A stretch of 64,000 bases of DNA from Bacteroidota bacterium (GTDB lineage: Bacteria; Bacteroidota; Bacteroidia; Chitinophagales; Chitinophagaceae), in assembly GCA_013286305.1 (NCBI GenBank), contig JABDFW010000008.1:1596-65595 (forward strand), read 5' to 3'. The notes beneath the pieces are model-generated. The model saw only the letters and a list, made by a program, of their open reading frames with translations. It searched no databases and had not been told where the DNA came from. Positions within the stretch are counted from its first letter, which is position 1; every line of letters starts with the position of its first letter. A program made the position numbers and the translations under genes. Shown piece by piece: positions 29,960 through 39,524 of this stretch.

Positions 29960-31048
29960 TTAATTCCCCATCATCTTAAAAAAGTCGTCAAAAAGATAGC
30001 GGCTGTCAAACGGGCCTGGTGTTGATTCAGGATGGTATTGCACACTAAAAGCAGGCTTATCTTTCAGGCGGATACCCTCAATACTGTCATCATTCAGGTT
30101 AATGTGAGTAACCTCAACATTGGGGTGGTTACGAACAGCAACAGGGTCAACACCAAAGCCGTGGTTTTGCGTAGTTATTTCGCAGATATCGTCAATAATA
30201 TTTTTTACCGGATGGTTAAGCCCCCGGTGGCCATGGTGCATTTTAAAGGTAGGTATATCATTTGCAAGGGCCAGCAACTGGTGCCCCAGGCAAATACCGA
30301 ATACCGGCTTTTGTTCCTTTAGTATTTCCTTAAGCGTTTCTATTGCATAAGGCATAGCTGCGGGGTCGCCGGGGCCGTTTGAAATAAAATAACCATCGGG
30401 ATTAAATTCTTTCAATCTGCTAATGCTTGTTTTAGCAGGGTGCACCCTTATATATGCGCCACGGTCTGTAAGGCAGGTAAGTATATTGTGCTTTATGCCA
30501 TAATCAAGTACAGCCACTTTAAGCTTCGAATTAACATCGCCCAATTCGTATTCTTCCTTAGTGCTTACCGTGCTGGCAAGCTCAAGACCATCCATGTCAG
30601 GCACATTCGCCAAAATACCTTTCAACTCATCAATATCTAATATGTCGGAGGAGATAACACAGTTCATAGCGCCTTTGGTACGTATATGCGTAACCAATGC
30701 CCGGGTATCAATATCTTCAATAGCTACTATTTCATTGGCCTTTAAATATTCATCTAACGAGCCTGTTGCCTGGTAGCGTGAAAAACGGTCTTCCAGGTTC
30801 CTTCCTATCAGCCCGCGAATTTTAACGCTGTCACTTTCAAGGTCTTTTAAATTAACGCCGTAGTTGCCCACATGAACATTGTTCATTATAAGTACCTGAC
30901 CATAATAGCTGGGGTCGGTAAATACTTCCTGGTAGCCCGTCATCCCGGTATTAAAGCATATTTCACCGGTGGTTGTGCCTATCTTTCCAAAAGCTTTACC
31001 GTAAAAAACATGGCCATCCGCTAAAACCAATACTGCTGTGTGTGACAT
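29960..31048 (-). CDS. carA: Carbamoyl-phosphate synthase small (glutaminase) subunit
   Basis: The true start is MSHTAVLVLADGHVFYGKAFG (ATG 31048..31046). GATase triad motifs are present (GICLGHQLL, HGHRG). The 93 codons upstream in the ORF track are translated repeat DNA. Confidence 0.95.
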   Translation of the reverse strand: MSHTAVLVLADGHVFYGKAFGKIGTTTGEICFNTGMTGYQEVFTDPSYYGQVLIMNNVHVGNYGVNLKDLESDSVKIRGLIGRNLEDRFSRYQATGSLDEYLKANEIVAIEDIDTRALVTHIRTKGAMNCVISSDILDIDELKGILANVPDMDGLELASTVSTKEEYELGDVNSKLKVAVLDYGIKHNILTCLTDRGAYIRVHPAKTSISRLKEFNPDGYFISNGPGDPAAMPYAIETLKEILKEQKPVFGICLGHQLLALANDIPTFKMHHGHRGLNHPVKNIIDDICEITTQNHGFGVDPVAVRNHPNVEVTHINLNDDSIEGIRLKDKPAFSVQYHPESTPGPFDSRYLFDDFFKMMGN

Positions 31049-31127
31049 TGTATCCTTCTGATTTTTCGAGTGCAAAAAAAGAATATAATTTTTAAATAAC
31101 AGGTGAAAGTTTCGCACAAATCCAGTC

Positions 31128-31335
31128 TGGGGTAAGTCCGAAAGTCCGCCGAAGCCCGAAAGTCCGGAAGAATCAGCGGCAGAGTCCGAAAGTCCGCCGA
31201 AGTCCGAGAGTCCGGAAGAATTCACATTTACATTCTTGGGGCTTCGGTCTTTCCGACTTTCGGGCTTTCCGTCTTTCGGACTCCCGGTCTTTCCGTCTCC
31301 CGGTCTTCCCGACTTTCGGACTCCCACCGGACTTT
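31128..31335. repeat. ~200-bp imperfect palindrome built from GTCCGAAAG/CCGGAAG words
   Basis: The left arm holds repeated AGTCCGAAAGTCCGCCGAAG / AGTCCGGAAGAAT words and the right arm holds the complementary CTTTCGGAC / CTTCCCG / TCTTTCC words. The centre is near GAATTCACATTTACATTC (about 31218-31235). Confidence 0.75.
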
Positions 31336-31358
31336 CCGTCTTCCCGTCTTTCTCCTAA

Positions 31359-31395
31359 CAAAAAAGGCAAAACCGTTAAACGATCTTGCCTTTTA
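31359..31395 (-). terminator. Rho-independent terminator of rplQ
   Basis: The minus strand reads AAAAGGCAA-gatcgtttaacggtt-TTGCCTTTTTT. Confidence 0.65.
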
Positions 31396-31416
31396 TATTT
31401 TCTAAAAACCCTGTCA

Positions 31417-31962
31417 TTATTCTGCCGGTTTTTCGTCGTGTTTTGTTTCTTCAATAACTTCTGCTTCAGTAACAGCTTTTTCAGCCTTTGGTGCAGTGGG
31501 TGCGGCCTTCTTAGCAGCGCCTGTACTACGTCCGCGGCGGGTTTTCTTACCTGCTTCAGCAGCAGCCTGTGCGGTTTTGCTGTAAACTTCGTTAAAGTCA
31601 ACCAGCTCTATCATCGCCTTTTCGCCATTATCACCCGGGCGAATGCCCAATTTAATTATGCGGGTATAACCGCCGGGGCGGCTTGCTACTTTAGGGCCAA
31701 CTACAGTAAATAATTCCTTTACCGCAATTTTATCCTGCAAATAGCTGAATACAACGCGGTGCTGGTGGCTTATCTCTGTCTCGTTGCCGGTTTTCTTTGT
31801 TTTTGTAATCAGTGGCTCAACGTAAGTCCTCAAAGCCTTGGCTTTTGCCAAAGTGGTGGTTATACGTTTGTGCACTATAATTTGGCTGGCTAAATTTGCC
31901 AGTAACGCATCCCTGTGTGCCTTCTTACGGCCCAGGTTGTTTATTTTGTCTCCGTGACGCAT
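31417..31962 (-). CDS. rplQ: 50S ribosomal protein L17 with Lys/Ala-rich C-terminal extension
   Basis: N-terminus [25 protein letters not shown]...; 181 aa. Confidence 0.95.
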   Translation of the reverse strand: MRHGDKINNLGRKKAHRDALLANLASQIIVHKRITTTLAKAKALRTYVEPLITKTKKTGNETEISHQHRVVFSYLQDKIAVKELFTVVGPKVASRPGGYTRIIKLGIRPGDNGEKAMIELVDFNEVYSKTAQAAAEAGKKTRRGRSTGAAKKAAPTAPKAEKAVTEAEVIEETKHDEKPAE

Positions 31963-32094
31963 GGCTGTTTAATTTTAGAATGTTGCACCGTGCCAGGAAT
32001 TGCAACATTGGAGTTTAAAAAAAGTTCCAAAAGTTCCAATGTTCAAAGTTCCAGAGTTTAGAACCGTGAACTTGTGAACTATTGAACTCGTGAA

Positions 32095-33096
32095 CTATTT
32101 ATCTATATCATCCAAACCCAGCTTGCTAAGGTCCATACCAAAATGCAAACCGCGTTCTGTTAATACCTGCTCTATTTCGCTTAACGATTTCTGGCCAAAG
32201 TTCCTGAATTTCATCAGATCTTCCTGTTCGTATTGTACCAGTTCGCTTAAGCTGTTGATCTTTGCCGCTTTTAAGCAGTTGAAAGCGCGTACTGAAAGGT
32301 CGAGGTCTTCCAGCGGGGTCTTCAATACTTTTCTTAGCTGCAGCACTTGCTCATCCACTACATCTTCTTTCTTATCTTCCTTATTATCAAAAGTGATGTT
32401 TTCATCAGTGATGATCATAAGGTGCTGAATTAAAATGCGTGAAGCCTGTTTAACCGCTTCTTCAGGATGAATAGTACCATCGGTAGCTACATCAAGAACT
32501 AATTTTTCATAGTCAGTTCTCTGTTCTACACGATAGTTCTCAATGCTGTATTTTACATTCTTTATAGGAGTGTGGATAGAGTCAATGGGAATTGATCCAA
32601 AAGTTGCATCCTTCAGCTTGTTTTCTTCAGCGGGTATATAACCACGGCCCTTGGCAATGGTTAATTCAATATCCAGCCTGCCGGTAGGATCCATGGTGCA
32701 GATAACCAGTTCAGGGTTCATCACCTGGAAGTTCTGGCTTGCTTCGCCAATATTGGCTGCGATAAACTCTGATTTGCCTTTGATAGATAATGTTATCTTT
32801 TCGCTGGCTACATCATGTTCCACTGTTTTTTTGAAACGAACCTGTTTAAGGTTCAGTATTATTTCGGTTACGTCTTCTGTAAGCCCTTTAATGGTGGCAA
32901 ATTCATGATCCACACCTTCAATCTTAATACCATTAATAGCATAACCTTCTAAGCTGCTCAACAACACTCTGCGCAAAGCATTCCCGATGGTTAAGCCAAA
33001 ACCAGGCTCAAGCGGACGAAACTCAAATTGACCTTCGAAATCGTTTGCTTTCTGTAAAACGATCTTGTCAGGTTTCTGGAAGTTTAAAATGGCCAT
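32095..33096 (-). CDS. rpoA: DNA-directed RNA polymerase alpha subunit
   Basis: 333 aa, with NALRRVLLSSLEG near the N-terminus and a C-terminal domain (LDLSVRAFNCLKAAKINSLSELV). Confidence 0.98.
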   Translation of the reverse strand: MAILNFQKPDKIVLQKANDFEGQFEFRPLEPGFGLTIGNALRRVLLSSLEGYAINGIKIEGVDHEFATIKGLTEDVTEIILNLKQVRFKKTVEHDVASEKITLSIKGKSEFIAANIGEASQNFQVMNPELVICTMDPTGRLDIELTIAKGRGYIPAEENKLKDATFGSIPIDSIHTPIKNVKYSIENYRVEQRTDYEKLVLDVATDGTIHPEEAVKQASRILIQHLMIITDENITFDNKEDKKEDVVDEQVLQLRKVLKTPLEDLDLSVRAFNCLKAAKINSLSELVQYEQEDLMKFRNFGQKSLSEIEQVLTERGLHFGMDLSKLGLDDIDK

Positions 33097-33124
33097 TTTA
33101 TATTCCTTGTTTTGTGCTCTTAAT

Positions 33125-33162
33125 CCCCGTCCGACCGTGTCATCCCGGGCGGGCCTAAAGGG
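33125..33162. repeat. GC-rich hairpin repeat, long form (CCCCGTCCG-N-CGGGCGGGCCTAAAGGG)
   Basis: CCCCGTCCGACCGTGTCATCCCGGGCGGGCCTAAAGGG closely matches the copies at 56486-56529 and 48089-48133. A short-form copy, CCCCCTTTAGGGGCTGGGGGC, is at 33219-33239. Confidence 0.75.
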
Positions 33163-33238
33163 ACTTAAAGCGGTTTATATTTCTAATTTCTTACTGCGCC
33201 ATTGCAGTTCCCTTTCTTCCCCCTTTAGGGGCTGGGGG

Positions 33239-33844
33239 CTACTTACTGTACAACTCCACTATCAGCTGCTCCTTAATGTTCTCAGGAACACTTTCCCTTT
33301 CAGGATAAGCGATGAATGTACCTTTTTTCTCAGCATCATTCCAGTCAAGCCAGTTGAATTTTGCATTCTTGCCGCGAATCTGGCTTGTTAAAGAAGTATT
33401 GCCTTCGCTTTTTTCCTTGAAACCTACGCTGTCGCCTGGTTTTAACTGGAAAGAAGGAATGTTAACCACTTCACCATTTACAGTAACATGCTTATGGCTT
33501 ACCAATTGGCGTGCCGCAGGCCTTGAAGGTGCAATACCCAGGCGATAGACTGTATTATCCAAACGGGACTCAAGCAACCTGATGAGGTTTTCGCCGGTAA
33601 CGCCTTTTATGCGGGCTGCTTCTTCAAAAGTGTTGCGGAATTGTTTTTCCAGCACACCATACGTGTACTTGGCCTTTTGTTTTTCTTTTAACTGTGTTGC
33701 ATACTCACCCGGCGTTTTACGCTTTTTAGCAGCGCCATGCTGTCCCGGAGGGACACTGTTTTTTGTTAACCATTTACCATTGCCAAGAATGGGTTCGCCG
33801 AACCTTCGGCAAATCTTTGTTTTTGGTCCCGTGTAACGTGCCAT
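33239..33844 (-). CDS. rpsD: 30S ribosomal protein S4
   Basis: [19 protein letters not shown]...; 201 aa. Confidence 0.98.
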   Translation of the reverse strand: MARYTGPKTKICRRFGEPILGNGKWLTKNSVPPGQHGAAKKRKTPGEYATQLKEKQKAKYTYGVLEKQFRNTFEEAARIKGVTGENLIRLLESRLDNTVYRLGIAPSRPAARQLVSHKHVTVNGEVVNIPSFQLKPGDSVGFKEKSEGNTSLTSQIRGKNAKFNWLDWNDAEKKGTFIAYPERESVPENIKEQLIVELYSK

Positions 33845-33927
33845 AATTTTTGTTGTTGATTTTTTGGTGACGATGTGTAATCATTAAAAATCTAAAATCA
33901 ATTACACACCCATTTATAAAAATTTTT

Positions 33928-33992
33928 GATCTTGAGATTTTGCGATTTTGTGATTTAAAAAGAAATCACAAAATCCCTCAATCCCGAAATCA
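33928..33992. repeat. Short-word hairpin (GATTTTG words) in the rpsK-rpsD spacer
   Basis: GATTTTGTGATTT (33944-33956) and AAATCACAAAATC (33964-33976) are exact complements. The flanking words are partly complementary. Confidence 0.65.
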
Positions 33993-34000
33993 GCAATTAC

Positions 34001-34408
34001 TTAAACTCTTCTCTTTTTAGGAGGGCGGCAACCATTGTGCGGCAAAGGAGTAACATCTTTTATCATAGATATTTCAATACCGCTTTGTGCCAGTGCGCGA
34101 ATAGCTCCTTCGCGTCCTGCGCCAGGGCCTTTTACATAAACATCAACTCTTTTCAAACCAGCTTCCATAGCAACCTTAGCAGCATCCTGCGATGCAGTTT
34201 GTGCGGCATGCGGTGTGTTCTTTTTGGAACCCTTAAAACCCATTTTACCGGCTGATGACCAACTGATAAGCTGTCCCTGCTTGTTGGTTAATGAAATGAT
34301 AACATTGTTGAAAGTGGCATTGATGTGGGCATCGCCATATGCATCCACTTTTACCACTCTTTTTTTGCTGGTTGTTTTTACATTACCAGCCTGTTGTGCT
34401 TTTGCCAT
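34001..34408 (-). CDS. rpsK: 30S ribosomal protein S11
   Basis: Start [22 protein letters not shown] at 34408..34406, ending with the ...[13 protein letters not shown] tail. Confidence 0.95.
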   Translation of the reverse strand: MAKAQQAGNVKTTSKKRVVKVDAYGDAHINATFNNVIISLTNKQGQLISWSSAGKMGFKGSKKNTPHAAQTASQDAAKVAMEAGLKRVDVYVKGPGAGREGAIRALAQSGIEISMIKDVTPLPHNGCRPPKKRRV

Positions 34409-34457
34409 AATTGTTTTTGAGGTAGTCTTCTTAAATTGTGTCCCCTCCATTCTGCTA

Positions 34458-34569
34458 AATGCAAAATATCCGGCGGATTATATAAATGTGAAAATCCCAG
34501 GTATAAAGTACCAAATTCCAAACGCAACTTTACAGTGGAATTTGGAATTTGGCTTTTGGGATTTTGCAT
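34458..34569. repeat. ~110-bp nested word hairpin filling the rpsM-rpsK spacer
   Basis: There are three nested complementary word pairs: TGCAAAAT/ATTTTGCA, AAAATCCCA/TGGGATTTT and CCAAATTCCA/TGGAATTTGG. Confidence 0.75.
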
Positions 34570-34570
34570 C

Positions 34571-34951
34571 TTATTTCTTAGGTGCCTTCTTTTTACCGGC
34601 AACTGTTTTACGCTTGCCTTTCCTGGTACGGCTGTTGGTACGGGTACGCTGGCCGCGAACCGGCAAACCTTTACGGTGGCGCAAGCCACGGTAACAGGCA
34701 ATATCAAGCAAACGCTTAATACTCATCTGTACTTCACTGCGCAAAGCGCCTTCTACCTTAAACTCATTGTTAATGATGTTACGGATAGCACCCTGCTCCT
34801 CATCATTCCACTGGCTTACCTTTTTGTCCCAGTCAATACCTGCTTTGGATAATATATACTGGGCGGTTGAACGGCCTATACCAAATATATAGGTTAAGCC
34901 TATTTCGCCTCTTTTGTTCTTTGGTAAGTCTATACCGGCAATACGAGCCAT
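34571..34951 (-). CDS. rpsM: 30S ribosomal protein S13
   Basis: [26 protein letters not shown]...; 126 aa. Confidence 0.98.
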   Translation of the reverse strand: MARIAGIDLPKNKRGEIGLTYIFGIGRSTAQYILSKAGIDWDKKVSQWNDEEQGAIRNIINNEFKVEGALRSEVQMSIKRLLDIACYRGLRHRKGLPVRGQRTRTNSRTRKGKRKTVAGKKKAPKK

Positions 34952-35059
34952 ACTTTAATTTACGATTTTTTGATTTTTGATTTTGGGATTGAAATGGGAG
35001 AGCAAATCTGCCACAAAGTGACCCATTCGGGCAATCGCCACCGCCAATCCGCAATTGTC

Positions 35060-35176
35060 TTATCCCTGGCGCTGTTTAAAGCGGGGATTCTTTTTGTTAA
35101 TAATATACAGCTTGCCCTTTCTGCGAACGATCTTGCAGTCAACGCTACGCTTTTTTACTGATGCTCTAACTTTCAT
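35060..35176 (-). CDS. rpmJ: 50S ribosomal protein L36
   Basis: This 38-aa ORF is not in the track. Its translation is [38 protein letters not shown], and it lies between infA and rpsM as expected. Confidence 0.9.
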   Translation of the reverse strand: MKVRASVKKRSVDCKIVRRKGKLYIINKKNPRFKQRQG

Positions 35177-35195
35177 GACTTTATAATTTTTCAGC

Positions 35196-35414
35196 CTATT
35201 TATACCTGAAAATGATCCTTCCCCTTGACAGATCGTAAGGGCTCATTTCAACCCCAACCTTATCTCCCGGTAAAATTCTAATGTAATTCATCCGCATTTT
35301 TCCTGAAATGGTTGCCAGTATTTCATGACCGTTTTCGAGTTTAACCCTGAACATTGCGTTGCTCAGAGCCTCCAGGATAACACCATCTTGTTTAATGAGC
35401 GGCTGTTTCGACAT
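35196..35414 (-). CDS. infA: Translation initiation factor IF-1
   Basis: 72 aa: [41 protein letters not shown]... Confidence 0.98.
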   Translation of the reverse strand: MSKQPLIKQDGVILEALSNAMFRVKLENGHEILATISGKMRMNYIRILPGDKVGVEMSPYDLSRGRIIFRYK

Positions 35415-35519
35415 AATTTTTGGGAGCGCAAAGATAATGCAATGAGGTGGAATAAGAAAAATTTATCAAATAAATTTCCACATTTAAATGAATTTCAGGG
35501 CAAAAAACGCCTTTATTGG

Positions 35520-38354
35520 CTAATTTAATATTATAATGGGCGCAATTATCTCTAATATATTACCTCCGCCGTTTAATAAATGGCTGTAACGCATCCCTAT
35601 TGTAACAGGCTGCTCATTCCAAATTTTGGCATCAAGCAAAACCTCTGTACCAAAACTGTTAAAATTTGTTATAGTTTGATATCTAAGGCTTTTGACGGCA
35701 AAATAATCAAAGAATATATTTGCCCGTACCCGATGGATAAAGGCGAGGTTAGCAAAACCCCAATCCGGGTAAGCTAATGGAAAATGATAATTAAACCCGG
35801 CTTTCCACATACGGGGGTAATCCGGTAGATTGCGATAACCCCGGGCGGTAGGGAAATCATTGGTATAATAACGGGGGCCTATGCCCAAAGTATCCCTGGC
35901 TTGGTAAGCCGAGTTTATTACAAGATTGTGGGTACTAAACAAACCCGGAAGGTAAAAGGAACTGTTTGCCAAAAACTGGTACGCGGTCCTGTTTTCTGCA
36001 CTGCTTTTTAATTGAAGCGTAACCACCTGCGCCCAGTGAGGGTATATCTGCTTTACCCCCTGCTGAATTTGGCTAACAAAAATTATACGGTATTGCAGGT
36101 ATCTCAAATCATCATTCGAAAAAAATTGCTTTGCCACCCCTTTATAATTAATAGAGCTGTAATTATAAGTAGCAGATAAAGTAAGCGTACGGTATTGCCT
36201 GCCTTCAGAAAAATTAAATGGCAATTGTAATCCCCCTGAAACATTAAATTCATTCCATTTAAAAGTAGTGTCCGCGTTATAAAAAACGCTTCGGTTATAT
36301 GTTTTATTTATATCAAACACAGGTTCTACATAGGTACCCCCATAAATGCCGGAAAACCCAAATTGATTATATCTTTCATTATGGTTATGTGTATAATATA
36401 GCTGGGTTTGCAACGTATAAAGCACATCCTGCCCATATAAAATAATTGAGGTGTTGGGATAATCATAAAGAGGCCGGTAGCTGTGCAGGTTTATTAAATG
36501 TGTGGTCTTTGGATATATTTTTACAGGATAGACACTGTCCTTAATGGATACCAGCAGGTTATTATCAACAGCATTAAAAGGCGTTCTTACATATAGGTTT
36601 TTTAGCGTATCGCCCGGCTGTGCTGCCTGCCAGGAGGTATTAAATATAGCCAACCTGTAGCCATCGGCTGTAAAAGCAGAGGCAACAAGCTGCCTGTCTT
36701 TATTAAAGACGGCCTGGTAAAGCCCTGTGGCATAGCGCGCGAGCCTAAAATCCTGGTGCTTTGATTCAACATACGCCCATATTTCGTCATAACCATTGTT
36801 TGAGCAGGTATATAACAATGTATCGCCCTGCACAACGGGATAACCTAATATACGGTTCCTGAAATTAAGCACAACAGTAACACTGTCGTCGGAGATGTTT
36901 CTTTTCTCAATCCCCATATCGCCCCTGTTATCTCTTGTTATTTCATAAATGAATTTATCGTCAGAAGAAAATTTTGGATATGAGTAGATGATCGCATTTT
37001 TGTTGCTCCACTCTTTTAATATTTTTCCATCTGCTGCATTAAGCAAAACAAGGGTAGCACGCAGCCCGGGTTCAATTTTAACAGTTACGATCAATTTGCC
37101 GTCATGAGATATATCGGGTGAAAAATATTTTGTGCTGTGCTGAATAGTTTTGGTCGCTCCTGCACGGGCAGTAAACCCCGGGCCTGAAATAACAGTTACA
37201 ATTTCCGGTTTTTCAATATCCACTACTTTTATTATACTGTAATCCCTGTTGCCCCAGCGTGAATCAGCTTTAAAAGCCGCATAAACGATCTTACCGTTGT
37301 TATAAGAAAAATAATCATCATAGGCAATATCCCTCACAACAATATTCTCCTCCGTGCCATCGGGGTGTTTTATGATAAAATGCGGAATTTCTTTATAACT
37401 GTTTTTCAAAACTAATAAACTCCCATCGGGCAACAGGTAAGGGTATTTATAATCAGTTACATTGTTTTTTTCTATAGATGTTATCCAGTTAACCTGTGCA
37501 AGCGTATCGTTTTTCCATTGGTCATGGTAAAAGTCAAATGCCTCGTTTACAAATTGCGTGAACGAAATACCGGAATACTTTTTAACCGCGTGCTGAAATG
37601 GATAAAAAAGCGGATGGAAAGCAGATGCGTCTTCCGTTACCTTTCTCCAAAAATCAAGGCCGTATTTATCCCTTCCATACGCCACCAGCATATAGCCGAT
37701 GGGGTAATGATCGGGTATATAGTGTTGGTACGACCCATTGCGCAACTGCATATAGGTATAATGCTTGCCAAGGCCAAAGATACTCCGGTACCCGGCAAAA
37801 AAAGCGGGCAGGCGGCCCCTTCCCTGGTGGCTTAACAATGTTTCATTGTAAACGGCATCCCCTTCAAAAAACCAGTTTGGTATTGAGGCTGCATTACCAA
37901 GGTCCTGGCCCTGCTCACCAAAAAGAAAGGAAAGCCCTTTAGACAACCCGCGGTCAAAATTGCTGTATTGCTGCACGTGCCTGAATTCGTGGATAGACAG
38001 GTTATCTCCCCAGTTTTGGGCGCCTAATTCAAACGCATTTTGCGGCGGGGTTAAATAAAACTCGCTGCGGTAGGGCGCCAACGCTACATAACCATTTGTA
38101 ATGGATGAGTTGCTTTGCAGGATGATATTAACCTTTCTTAATTTGCTTCCAATGGTGGCGCTATAATTTTTTTGAAGCGTATGAGTGATAGAAGCTATTC
38201 GCTGCGCTATTGAGTCAAGCCCTTTAGGATAAATAACCCGCACAACATCTGTATTTACCTGCCGCCATTCAATGGATGAGGGGTTGCCGCCAAACTGTTG
38301 TGCGTAAGCAAGGTGGCAAGCAAAAAGTGAAATTACAAAAATGGCTTTCTTCAT
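35520..38354 (-). CDS. Large secreted protein (944 aa) with an HExxH motif; central beta-propeller-like region inferred
   Basis: Signal peptide MKKAIFVISLFACHLAYAQ, HExxH at SIHEFRHVQQ, and a Tyr/Asn-rich C-terminal third suggestive of a beta-rich or barrel domain. The function is not established. Confidence 0.6.
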   Translation of the reverse strand: MKKAIFVISLFACHLAYAQQFGGNPSSIEWRQVNTDVVRVIYPKGLDSIAQRIASITHTLQKNYSATIGSKLRKVNIILQSNSSITNGYVALAPYRSEFYLTPPQNAFELGAQNWGDNLSIHEFRHVQQYSNFDRGLSKGLSFLFGEQGQDLGNAASIPNWFFEGDAVYNETLLSHQGRGRLPAFFAGYRSIFGLGKHYTYMQLRNGSYQHYIPDHYPIGYMLVAYGRDKYGLDFWRKVTEDASAFHPLFYPFQHAVKKYSGISFTQFVNEAFDFYHDQWKNDTLAQVNWITSIEKNNVTDYKYPYLLPDGSLLVLKNSYKEIPHFIIKHPDGTEENIVVRDIAYDDYFSYNNGKIVYAAFKADSRWGNRDYSIIKVVDIEKPEIVTVISGPGFTARAGATKTIQHSTKYFSPDISHDGKLIVTVKIEPGLRATLVLLNAADGKILKEWSNKNAIIYSYPKFSSDDKFIYEITRDNRGDMGIEKRNISDDSVTVVLNFRNRILGYPVVQGDTLLYTCSNNGYDEIWAYVESKHQDFRLARYATGLYQAVFNKDRQLVASAFTADGYRLAIFNTSWQAAQPGDTLKNLYVRTPFNAVDNNLLVSIKDSVYPVKIYPKTTHLINLHSYRPLYDYPNTSIILYGQDVLYTLQTQLYYTHNHNERYNQFGFSGIYGGTYVEPVFDINKTYNRSVFYNADTTFKWNEFNVSGGLQLPFNFSEGRQYRTLTLSATYNYSSINYKGVAKQFFSNDDLRYLQYRIIFVSQIQQGVKQIYPHWAQVVTLQLKSSAENRTAYQFLANSSFYLPGLFSTHNLVINSAYQARDTLGIGPRYYTNDFPTARGYRNLPDYPRMWKAGFNYHFPLAYPDWGFANLAFIHRVRANIFFDYFAVKSLRYQTITNFNSFGTEVLLDAKIWNEQPVTIGMRYSHLLNGGGNILEIIAPIIILN

Positions 38355-38472
38355 TCTTATAGGTGAGCTTTTACAGCAAATAATAAAACCACCTGTTTAG
38401 GCAGATGGTTTTGTATTAATATTATGATAAATAGCTGTTCGTTATTAAACTTACGATATAAAGATAGCTTAT

Positions 38473-38880
38473 TTATACCATTACTTCGGTGGTGAGATGA
38501 ATTTTGGTCATTTGCAGGTAGTGGTTTTGCAACTGGTGTATATAATGCACATCCGGGTGATGCCTTTTATCTTCCCGGTACCACATTTCCAGGGAAGAAA
38601 AATCGCCTTCTTTCGGGATCATTATCCTGAACGACCCTTTTTTGTATTTTACCGAACCATCACTCATCAATTCCTTTGAAAAATTAAGGTTACCCAGGCT
38701 TTCATCTGTGATAGGAATGGGATACAGGTGTTCCGGTTCAAACCAAAATTCCTGCACTTCTGTTTGAACGCAAACCTGTTTTTCATCCCCGTTAAGGGCT
38801 ATTACTTCCCCATCCCACTTTTGCCCTTCATATTCGCCCATAACGTAATCGCCAATTTTAACTTCATTAAATTTTATCAT
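38473..38880 (-). CDS. Hypothetical protein (135 aa)
   Basis: Clean ATG ORF with a globular-looking sequence. No family recognised. Confidence 0.55.
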   Translation of the reverse strand: MIKFNEVKIGDYVMGEYEGQKWDGEVIALNGDEKQVCVQTEVQEFWFEPEHLYPIPITDESLGNLNFSKELMSDGSVKYKKGSFRIMIPKEGDFSSLEMWYREDKRHHPDVHYIHQLQNHYLQMTKIHLTTEVMV

Positions 38881-39095
38881 ACGGCTGTATTTTTTAGAGT
38901 TTTAATTTACAACAGTTATTGTAACTGCAAAAAAAAGTTTTTGTAACCAGAGGAAAAAGATTGAAAGATTAATTGAAAATAGTGTCGCACTTTTCGGGCA
39001 AATCCAACTATTTTTTGTAAATTACATACAATGTTTCAACACAAAAATATAGGTTATTTTTTAGGCGAAGTTTTGGCAAAAAACGGCCCGTCAAA

Positions 39096-39279
39096 GCTAT
39101 TTTTAAGGAACCATCTGGACAAAAACGATGTCATTGGTGTATAAGTGTAAGATTGAATAACGGATAACAAGTAAGGAATTTTAAATCAATGAAGTGAAGA
39201 AAAGAATACATAAATCAGAAAAAGCTATTTTTTCAAAGAACCATTCGTACAAAAACGATGTCATTGGTGTATAAGTGTA
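39096..39279. repeat. Intergenic direct repeat (two ~55-bp units, 31-bp exact core, 130-bp period)
   Basis: ACAAAAACGATGTCATTGGTGTATAAGTGTA occurs at 39119-39149 and 39249-39279, with similar upstream flanks (GCTATTTTTAAGGAACCAT / GCTATTTTTTCAAAGAACCAT). Confidence 0.8.
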
Positions 39280-39524
39280 CGGATGATTTAATGTGGAGAC
39301 TTATTTTGTCAGTTTGTAGATTCGGAGGATAAAAAGTTGTTTAAAAAATCACGCCAAGGCGCAAAGCCGCAAAGAGAGTAGTAATAAATACATTTTTTTC
39401 TTTGCGTCTTTGCGAGTGGTTGGTAATAACAATCAAACCCCTTTAGTGAACTACTGAAACTTGGGAACCCGTGAACTCATTGAACATTCAAACCCTCAAA
39501 CTTTCAAACAATCAAACAAACGAA

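Noticed and set aside
31417-31600. The long Lys/Ala-rich C-terminal tail of L17 as an unusual feature
   Set aside because: Extended basic or alanine-rich tails on L17 and other ribosomal proteins are common in Bacteroidota. The tail is non-repetitive at the DNA level and in frame with a normal L17 core.
31049-31601. The carA N-terminal extension (93 codons, GKTGSPKDGKPESRKDRSPK... / SGLSDFGGLSD...) and the overlapping 142-aa ORF 31173..31601
   Set aside because: Both are translations of the GTCCGAAAG/CCGGAAG word palindrome. The peptides are low-complexity and periodic. A canonical CarA N-terminus (MSHTAVLVLADGHVFYGKAFG) starts at the internal ATG 31048, and 31417-31601 is already occupied by rplQ in another frame.
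34215-35161. Several 60-160-aa ORFs overlapping the rpsK/rpsM/rpmJ region (34215..34694, 34378..34707, 34436..34852, 34833..35054, 34960..35142, 34970..35161)
   Set aside because: They overlap highly conserved ribosomal protein genes or consist of translated spacer hairpins. No motifs were seen, and the real small gene here is rpmJ (35060..35176).
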